A DNA stretch of 48,463 bases from a virus (lineage: Duplodnaviria > Caudoviricetes), in the IMG/VR virus record IMGVR_UViG_3300005805_006269, positions 1-48,463 of that record, one strand, 5' to 3'. The notes below the pieces were generated by a model. That model did not search any database. It saw nothing but the letters and a program-made list of their open reading frames with translations, and was not told the DNA's origin. The number at the start of each line of letters is the position of its first letter. The stretch's first letter is position 1. Positions 42,076-48,463 of this stretch are shown piece after piece. The translations under genes and the position numbers were made by a program.

Positions 42076-43275
42076 TTAAAAATTATTTTGTAAAAACTTT
42101 TCATGTATTTCTCCAACAACATTTTCTAAAAATTTCATGTCTGCATTGGTAACAAAATGATTATTACCAATGTAAACTCCTTGTTTGTGTACCAGGTCTA
42201 CATTAAATGGTCCTTTACCTTGAATAGCATATCCTTTAAGAAAAGGTTGACTCAAAAGGTTACCACTAACTACAGGTCTATATTCAATTTTATTTTTAAC
42301 GAAGCTTTCCTTCATAAGCTCCATAATTTTTTTACTCTTACATATGAAAGGAAAACAAAAGCTACTATTAGATGGATCGTGTTCGATTGTATAGAACAGA
42401 TCACTATATGTCTCTAATATCTTTACAAATTTAAAATAGTTACGTCTTCTAATTGTAACCATGGTATCCAATCGTTTGAGTTGAGAAGAACCCAACACAG
42501 CACATATCTCATGATTCCTCAAATTGTATCCATTTGTCATAAAGAGGAATTGTTTATCGATGTCTGGATATTTGTTAGCATGCTGATCAAACCGAATCGA
42601 CTCTCTAGCAAACCCATGACTCCTTTTCATCTTCATAAGGTCATACAAGTCTTCATTGTTTGTAGAAACCATACCTCCTTCGATTGTAGACATATGGTGT
42701 CCAAAATAAAAACTGAATGTTGCACCTAAAGATTTGGAACCTCTTTTAGCTCCATGGGGATCTAAACAACCATGAGACTCGCATACATCATCTATAATTA
42801 ATGCTTCAGGAAACAACTTAGACAGTTCTTCATTCTGTCCAGAGAAACCAAGCAAATGTGTTACAAATATTAGTTTAATATCATGTTGTTTAGCAATCTC
42901 TCTAGCTTGCATTAAATCAAAGCTAAAGTTTTGTAAATTAATGTCACAGAAGATTGGCTTAAGACCAGATTGAATAATTGGAGCAATGTTTGTTACCCAA
43001 GTGCAAGCAGGAACTAAAACTTTATCCCCATTCTTTAGCCCATATAATTCTTTTACAGAATCTACAAGTAAAAGATTAGCAGTGCTACCAGAAGAAACAT
43101 AAAGTGAGTAACGAGAGCCTAACCACTTATTCCATTCAGACTCAAACTGTTTAACCTTTTCGCCGTTTGTAAACTTTTTGGTAGTCAGGGTAAAGTAAGC
43201 CATCTTTAGACGATCCCCAAAAGTAATCGTCTCGCCCATCAAAGGCCATCTTAGCGCTTGTTGTTTTTGTACCAT
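42076..43275 (-). CDS. colD: GDP-4-keto-6-deoxymannose 3-dehydratase (ColD-like)
   Basis: DegT family with SFYFGHHMSTIEGG (His in the Lys position), DDVCESHG and no Fe-S motif; adjacent to gmd and fcl. Confidence 0.78.
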   Translation of the reverse strand: MVQKQQALRWPLMGETITFGDRLKMAYFTLTTKKFTNGEKVKQFESEWNKWLGSRYSLYVSSGSTANLLLVDSVKELYGLKNGDKVLVPACTWVTNIAPIIQSGLKPIFCDINLQNFSFDLMQAREIAKQHDIKLIFVTHLLGFSGQNEELSKLFPEALIIDDVCESHGCLDPHGAKRGSKSLGATFSFYFGHHMSTIEGGMVSTNNEDLYDLMKMKRSHGFARESIRFDQHANKYPDIDKQFLFMTNGYNLRNHEICAVLGSSQLKRLDTMVTIRRRNYFKFVKILETYSDLFYTIEHDPSNSSFCFPFICKSKKIMELMKESFVKNKIEYRPVVSGNLLSQPFLKGYAIQGKGPFNVDLVHKQGVYIGNNHFVTNADMKFLENVVGEIHEKFLQNNF

Positions 43276-44180
43276 TCGATTGTTCTCGCTAAACCTTCTT
43301 CAAATGAAACTGTAGGAGTCCAGCCCATTGCAAATAATGTTGAATTGTCAGTTTTTCTTCTTGGTGTGCCATTAGGTTTAGAAGTGTCCCAAATAATGTC
43401 ACCTTTAAACCCAACTGCTTTCTTTATAATTTCAGATAAGTCTTTAATTGAAATCTCAACATTACTACCAACGTTAATGTGTGCTGGGCTATTGTAGACA
43501 TTCATTAAATAGACACAAGCACTTGCCAAGTCATCAACGTAAAGAAACTCTCTTGTTGGTGTACCATCGCCCCATGTCGTGACAGAACTCTCACCCTTAT
43601 CAATTGCATTAAAAAACTTTGTAATCATACCAGGAATAACGTGACCTTGTTCTGGTATGAAGTTATCATTTGGACCATAAAGATTAGCTGGCATTAAACT
43701 AATAGCATTGAAACCAAACTGTCTGCGATAGTACTCACACATTCTCAGACCAGTAATCTTTGCAAGAGCATATCCTTCATTGGAAGGCTCTAGAGGACCT
43801 GTGAGCAAATACTCTTCTTTGATTGGCTGAGGAGTAACCTTTGGATAGATACATGCTGAACCAAGAAATAAAAGTTTTTTACATTTGTTACGATAGGCGG
43901 CATCAATAACATTTGTTTGTATCATTAAGTTATCATAAATGAAGTCAGCTGCATCGGTGTAGTTAAAATTAATACCGCCAACCTTTGCTGCAGCTAAAAA
44001 CACATAGTCTGGTTTTTCTTGAAAGAAGAAGTCCTTTACATCGTTTTGCTCTCTGAGGTCTAATTCTTCTTTAGATCTTAAAAGTAAATTATTATATCCT
44101 TCTTGTTTAAGTTTTCTAACTATTGAAGAACCAACCAATCCTCTATGGCCAGCAACGTAAATCTTATCATCTTTATTCAT
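43251..44180 (-). CDS. fcl: GDP-L-fucose/colitose synthase (Fcl/ColC epimerase-reductase)
   Basis: GHRGLVGS, LAAAKVGGI, LGSACIYP, YALAK, PANLYGPNDNF. Confidence 0.93.
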   Translation of the reverse strand: MNKDDKIYVAGHRGLVGSSIVRKLKQEGYNNLLLRSKEELDLREQNDVKDFFFQEKPDYVFLAAAKVGGINFNYTDAADFIYDNLMIQTNVIDAAYRNKCKKLLFLGSACIYPKVTPQPIKEEYLLTGPLEPSNEGYALAKITGLRMCEYYRRQFGFNAISLMPANLYGPNDNFIPEQGHVIPGMITKFFNAIDKGESSVTTWGDGTPTREFLYVDDLASACVYLMNVYNSPAHINVGSNVEISIKDLSEIIKKAVGFKGDIIWDTSKPNGTPRRKTDNSTLFAMGWTPTVSFEEGLARTIEWYKNNKR

Positions 44181-45193
44181 TAATGCTCCTTTGTACACAT
44201 CTCGTCTACTAACATATCAAATGTATAATGAGGTACCCAACCAAGCTCAGTCTTAGCTTTTGTAGGATCACCTAACAGCGTTTCTACTTCTGCTGGTCTA
44301 AAATATTTTGGATCTACACGAACGACAATATTATCTGTAAGTGTATCGATGCCTACTTCATTAATACCTTCACCAAGCCAGCGAATATTAATACCAAAGT
44401 ATGGCGCACACTTTTCAACAAAGTGGCGAACAGAATATTGCTTGCCTGTTGCTATTACATAATCGTCAGCTCTATCTTGCTGAAGTATTAACCACATCGC
44501 ATTTACATAATCTTTAGCGTGTCCCCAATCGCGAAGAGCATTAAGATTACCAAGCAATAGTTCTTTTTGATTACCTTGCTGGATGTTACGTAAACCATCA
44601 ACAATCTTTTTTGTTACAAAGTTAAAGCCACGGCGAGGGGATTCGTGGTTAAACAAAATCCCAGAGCACGCGAACATATCATAAGATTCTCTATAATTCT
44701 TTACAATCCAATAAGCATATAGTTTAGCAATACCGTATGGCGATCTTGGATAGAATGGAGTAGTTTCTTTTTGTGGAGTTTCTTGTACAAGACCGTACAA
44801 CTCTGATGTTGATGCTTGGTAGATTTTTACCTTATCTTCCATTCCAAGCAAACGCACTGATTCCAATATTCGTAGTGTACCTAGACCATCTACCATAGCA
44901 GTGTACTCTGGAGTCTCAAAAGATACCTTAACGTGACTCTGAGCTGCTAAGTTATAAATTTCATTTGGTTTATGTTTTTTTAAGATTGCCATTAATGACA
45001 ACGAATCTGTAACGTCACCATAGTGCAGTTTAAGATTTGGATGGGTGTAGAGGTGGTCGATACGAGCTGTGTTGATTGAAGAGGACCTTCTAACAACTCC
45101 GTGTACAGCGTAACCTTTTTCGAGTAATAGTTCTGTTAGGTAAGAACCATCTTGACCGGTAATGCCGGTAATCAATGCAACAGGCTGTTTCAT
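44180..45193 (-). CDS. gmd: GDP-mannose 4,6-dehydratase
   Basis: [44 protein letters not shown]. Confidence 0.98.
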   Translation of the reverse strand: MKQPVALITGITGQDGSYLTELLLEKGYAVHGVVRRSSSINTARIDHLYTHPNLKLHYGDVTDSLSLMAILKKHKPNEIYNLAAQSHVKVSFETPEYTAMVDGLGTLRILESVRLLGMEDKVKIYQASTSELYGLVQETPQKETTPFYPRSPYGIAKLYAYWIVKNYRESYDMFACSGILFNHESPRRGFNFVTKKIVDGLRNIQQGNQKELLLGNLNALRDWGHAKDYVNAMWLILQQDRADDYVIATGKQYSVRHFVEKCAPYFGINIRWLGEGINEVGIDTLTDNIVVRVDPKYFRPAEVETLLGDPTKAKTELGWVPHYTFDMLVDEMCTKEH

Positions 45194-45218
45194 ACAAACT
45201 CCATTATATTATAATAAT

Positions 45219-45247
45219 AAAAAGACGACCCTAATATTTAGGGTCGT
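45219..45247 (-). terminator. Terminator hairpin containing a late-promoter box
   Basis: ACGACCCTAA-ATA-TTAGGGTCGT perfect 10-bp stem followed by CTTTTT; CTAAATA at 45235-45241 lies inside the hairpin. Confidence 0.7.
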
Positions 45248-45261
45248 TATGGAGGATTATA

Positions 45262-45828
45262 TTACTGAATTACTTTTACATCAACTGAATCTTGAAGTTC
45301 TTTAAAGCGATCTTCTCTTGATTTAGTATCTGGCTTATGTGTAAGGCGTTTAGCATCTTCAATGCCTATCCTAAACATCACATAAGCTCTGTAATGCTCG
45401 CCCTCGCGAAACACAGCTAAGTTTTCTCTCTTAAATAAAGAGATTGCTTGCTTAGTGCGAATTTTTGATACACGGTCAATCTCTCGCTCAGCATCTTTTA
45501 TACCACTACCACTTTCAAGAGTGGACTCTCTCACTACTGCATCAATATCAGATTTGAGTCTCGATGCAATTTGAAGCTTAGCATTGTGAGTAGCCTTATC
45601 AATTGCAAACTGCATATCCTTAGATACATCTGTAGCAGTAACCGTAATAAATTTTGAATCGGGTTGTTCCTTTTCTAAAAACCACTGAGGGATTTCATTT
45701 CCCTTTAGAGCAGGAACTTCTACGGTCTTATTAGGATCTTGTTTAGCAAATGGAAGTGAAGAACAACCAGCTGTAACAATACCAGTAGTACAAAGCACCA
45801 CATAAGTCATAATCATATTAAATCTCAT
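45262..45828 (-). CDS. Lipoprotein (LPP20-like)
   Basis: Lipobox TAGC; IPQWF...SKDMQFAIDKA...YRAYV. Confidence 0.7.
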   Translation of the reverse strand: MRFNMIMTYVVLCTTGIVTAGCSSLPFAKQDPNKTVEVPALKGNEIPQWFLEKEQPDSKFITVTATDVSKDMQFAIDKATHNAKLQIASRLKSDIDAVVRESTLESGSGIKDAEREIDRVSKIRTKQAISLFKRENLAVFREGEHYRAYVMFRIGIEDAKRLTHKPDTKSREDRFKELQDSVDVKVIQ

Positions 45829-46545
45829 TTACTTTCTCCGTACAATAACAAAGTTATGATAAACTAATTTCCTGGAATGAACAGGTATAGAGGCTATAGT
45901 ATCATAGATATCCTTTTCGGTCAATTGATTTTTAAATGTTACTCTATGTTTTGTAAACAACACCATAATGCTTTCTTTACTAAACTCAGACTGAGGCTCA
46001 AGATAAGTTCTAAATTCAGTGTTAAGCATTTCGGCTTTTAATACACCATCAACTATGTTAGTGTTAGTATTGTGTTTTGGATATAAAAGTTCTACACGAG
46101 ATCTGTTATAAACATTAAAGATATAAACATACAAACGCTCATAGGTAGTAATTTTGAAGTTTAGTACACTACCTGCGTACACGTTACTATCACCTGTAAC
46201 ATCTCCAAAAAAAGTTCTTGCTTTTTCTAGTTCTACCTTAACCTCTACGACACAAAGATCTTTTTTCTCTTTTTGTGTTTCTGTAACAACACGCTTAAGC
46301 GTACCGGCTACTTCAGTCTGTAAATGTTTATTAAAAGTACAATTAATACCACTTACATTCTTCTCGCTACACTCTTGCGTTTGCATAAAATCAAACTCTT
46401 GCTTAGAGTAACTTTCAATAGCATCCTTTATGGCAAGTGCTCTTGCTAATGAACAATCTCTATCTTCCCCAGTACCAAATGATATATCACTTGATAATGC
46501 AGAACCAGCCAAGAGTACAAAAGAAAGAAATATGAACAGTTTCAT
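45829..46545 (-). CDS. Exported protein with FlgT-N-like and DUF4384-like domains
   Basis: Signal peptide; ARALAIKDAIE...CVVEVKV; C-terminal LNFKITTYERLYVYIFN..VELLYP. Confidence 0.5.
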   Translation of the reverse strand: MKLFIFLSFVLLAGSALSSDISFGTGEDRDCSLARALAIKDAIESYSKQEFDFMQTQECSEKNVSGINCTFNKHLQTEVAGTLKRVVTETQKEKKDLCVVEVKVELEKARTFFGDVTGDSNVYAGSVLNFKITTYERLYVYIFNVYNRSRVELLYPKHNTNTNIVDGVLKAEMLNTEFRTYLEPQSEFSKESIMVLFTKHRVTFKNQLTEKDIYDTIASIPVHSRKLVYHNFVIVRRK

Positions 46546-46799
46546 TTAACAAGAGTTAAATTAGGTTTTTTTGGAGGATCATCTGGCCAATCAGTGTCTT
46601 GTAAGCAGCTAAGAAAATCAATAAACTCTTGCCTTGTCCATCCATGCCTTCTAAATTGATTTGCTACCATTCCAAGGATGATACCAAACGATTCCATCGG
46701 TGTGCGCCCATTTTTCAAAAGACCATAAAAACAACTTTCTGCAACCTTATAGTCTTTAAGATACACTTCATCTACGTCACTAAAATCATCATTGTTCAT
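46542..46799 (-). CDS. Hypothetical protein with SspB-like C-terminal tail
   Basis: 85 aa ending in KKPNLTLVK. Confidence 0.55.
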   Translation of the reverse strand: MNNDDFSDVDEVYLKDYKVAESCFYGLLKNGRTPMESFGIILGMVANQFRRHGWTRQEFIDFLSCLQDTDWPDDPPKKPNLTLVK

Positions 46800-46807
46800 A
46801 GTTGTAA

Positions 46808-46825
46808 GCCCCCCTTGCGGGGGGC
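46808..46825 (-). other. GC hairpin with GCAA tetraloop
   Basis: GCCCCCC-GCAA-GGGGGGC with no U-tract; RNA stability element or weak terminator. Confidence 0.55.
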
Positions 46826-46832
46826 ATCCTTG

Positions 46833-47807
46833 TTAAGCTGCTTCAGCATATTCTACTGCTAACTCCAGAGCCTTTTCTTTCTTGATACGATTCTGTCCGT
46901 ACCAGGAAGAAGTTAGGCGTGTGTCAGTAGAGCGGCCAAGTTTATGATCCGTCATGTAGGTGATAGTATTAAATGCTTGCCACCAAGACCCTTCAGCAAA
47001 TTGAGCACCAGGCTGAGTATGAAGCACAGCAACCGCTTCCTCTGCTTGCCGAGATATTGGAGCTTTACGAATATCGTCAGCAGTGTGCTGGTCTTTCGAA
47101 AGGGACGGAAACACACGATTGAAGTATTCGACAATAGTTTCTTTATCATACTTCTTAGAGCCAAGGAACTGAGCTTGCTCTTTGTAGGACGCAAGTTTTT
47201 CTTTAGCAATTCCTAAGAGTGACTTTACTTCATCTGGATCAAAAGTCGAGCGGTGGCTCACTTTAACTTGCGAGCGAGAATCGGCGCTAAGCGCGAAAGT
47301 AAGCGTGTTGTTACATACCACACGGACGGGAGTGAAGCGGATGTCGATACTACGACCAAACTCATGAGGGTTACTAAACAAAAGGTATCCATCTACTTTA
47401 TCTCCACCAAAAAGTTCAAAAGAATCTTTGATCTGAGCCATTGCCCAAACGATCTTGCCATTTTTAAGACTACCAGCGGTATGCATTTCCATATCACCAG
47501 CATGTACAAAATCATCAAAGAACTGGAATGCTTCAATGTTCTGAACTGGGTTCCATTGATCAGAAACAATTGTAAGCAGTTTGTTATCAGAAGAGCGTAC
47601 TAATGCGCGAGCGTTAGTTCCTACATTGCCGCTATTAGTTTGAAAAAACAACTGACGCTTTTCTACGGTCCAATCAAGATTGGCTGCTTTGAGCATTTGC
47701 TCTGGCGAGAGGTCAGCTGGAACTTTCTTACCAAGTCCGTGCCAAGGTACTTCACCAACATACGCCATTGATGCTTCACCATTTACTACTTCAAGTTCAT
47801 GTGCCAT
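46833..47807 (-). CDS. DUF932/DUF945 (TIGR03299-like) phage/plasmid protein
   Basis: MAYVGEVPWHGLG, ANLDWTVEK, PVQN, TAGSL, TPVRVVCNNTL. Confidence 0.9.
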   Translation of the reverse strand: MAHELEVVNGEASMAYVGEVPWHGLGKKVPADLSPEQMLKAANLDWTVEKRQLFFQTNSGNVGTNARALVRSSDNKLLTIVSDQWNPVQNIEAFQFFDDFVHAGDMEMHTAGSLKNGKIVWAMAQIKDSFELFGGDKVDGYLLFSNPHEFGRSIDIRFTPVRVVCNNTLTFALSADSRSQVKVSHRSTFDPDEVKSLLGIAKEKLASYKEQAQFLGSKKYDKETIVEYFNRVFPSLSKDQHTADDIRKAPISRQAEEAVAVLHTQPGAQFAEGSWWQAFNTITYMTDHKLGRSTDTRLTSSWYGQNRIKKEKALELAVEYAEAA

Positions 47808-47836
47808 TAAATTCTCCTTTTTTAATTGACATGATA

Positions 47837-47874
47837 ATTATAAAACGATTTTTTGAAAAAATCAACTGTTACTT
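47837..47874 (-). promoter_or_regulatory. Early sigma70-type promoter
   Basis: AAGTAACAG-TTGATT-N17-TATAAT, followed by an AAGGAG RBS. Confidence 0.75.
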
Positions 47875-48362
47875 CAACAAAACTTTTTATTTAACTTTTT
47901 TGTAACTTGTTTTTTAAGCTCCTCTTGCCTACCAAACGCTTCCGCCTCCCAGGGTTGTTTTCTGTAACTATTATACGTCATACCTTTATTAGTTACGCGT
48001 TCACCATTCCAATAATGTACGTACCCTTTATTGGTTGAATGAATTTTTAGCTTACCTTTTTTGAATTGCTCAGCATGGACTAGCTCGTGCGCTAGGGTGG
48101 TCATTACTGCATCATAATTAAAGTTACAGACATTAATAAAAACTAACCTTTGACTATGAAGGTATGATCCTTTCATGTTTCCAGGCTTAGTAGCTATTCT
48201 TACAAATAGATCTTTTGGTAGATCGAGAAGTTCTCTAAAGACTGGCAAACTTTCAACTACAATCCTAGCACACTCTTTTGAATCATTCAAGTAATTACGG
48301 CGTGCTTGAATTGAAACAAATACACTCTTACCAACTCTGCTATCTGTTACTTTTATGCTCAT
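47874..48362 (-). CDS. HExxH zincin-like metallopeptidase
   Basis: TLAHELVHAEQF...PWEAEAF; start at ATG 48362 after AGGAG. Confidence 0.7.
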   Translation of the reverse strand: MSIKVTDSRVGKSVFVSIQARRNYLNDSKECARIVVESLPVFRELLDLPKDLFVRIATKPGNMKGSYLHSQRLVFINVCNFNYDAVMTTLAHELVHAEQFKKGKLKIHSTNKGYVHYWNGERVTNKGMTYNSYRKQPWEAEAFGRQEELKKQVTKKLNKKFC

Positions 48363-48387
48363 ATTTAATCTCCTACTCAATAAAACT

Positions 48388-48425
48388 ATTATACCTGCTT
48401 TTTTAAAAAAATCAACATGTAACTT
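48388..48425 (-). promoter_or_regulatory. Early sigma70-type promoter
   Basis: AAGTTACATG-TTGATT-N16-TATAAT. Confidence 0.65.
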
Positions 48426-48455
48426 AAAAAAATCCCACTTGTTTAGAGCGGGACT
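48426..48455 (-). terminator. Rho-independent terminator
   Basis: GTCCCGCT...AGTGGGAT stem followed by a T-run. Confidence 0.6.
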
Positions 48456-48463
48456 AAAAAATT

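Noticed and set aside
42076-43275. Perosamine synthase (Per) call for the DegT gene next to gmd
   Set aside because: The conserved Lys position reads GHH (His), as in ColD-type dehydratases
28753-45193. Classical T4 hydroxymethylcytosine glucosylation or arabinosylation locus
   Set aside because: No dCMP hydroxymethylase or alpha/beta-gt-like gene is seen in the window, and gp43 abuts uvsX. DNA modification is not excluded but has no direct support here.
28753-45193. Bacterial O-antigen locus flanking a prophage
   Set aside because: Flanked on both sides by phage genes on the same strand with tight spacing; no flippase, polymerase, integrase or att site seen

Overview
This window is a segment of a large, AT-rich T4-like (Tevenvirinae/Kyanoviridae-type) phage genome, almost all encoded on the minus strand. 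The envelope genes suggest a Gram-negative host; this is an inference. From right to left it contains: (1) early genes with sigma70-like promoters (HExxH protein, DUF932, a DUF4384-like protein and a lipoprotein); (2) a ~16.4 kb, 18-gene nucleotide-sugar and glycosyltransferase cluster, with a Gmd/Fcl/His-type ColD-like arm (fucose or colitose), an RfbB/RfbH(E1)/split YerE-like ThDP enzyme/aminotransferase arm (branched 3,6-dideoxysugar), GT10, GT2s and FkbM; (3) the T4 core gp45-gp44-gp62-regA; (4) a phasin-like/Hsp20 operon behind a ROSE-like, pseudoknotted leader; (5) a plus-strand island of membrane or secreted proteins; (6) gp43-uvsX-gp40-gp41; (7) a wHTH gene flanked by structured RNA; and (8) a late operon with a PD-(D/E)xK protein, a ligase-fold putative internal head protein, a Thr-rich (GPT)n collagen fibre, a fibre chaperone, C1q-like and beta-propeller proteins, and its own methyltransferase and GT32 genes. 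The most notable candidate system is a phage-encoded rare-sugar pathway, apparently gated to late expression, whose plausible substrate is the collagen-like fibre. All family assignments come from motifs read by eye, not from database searches.
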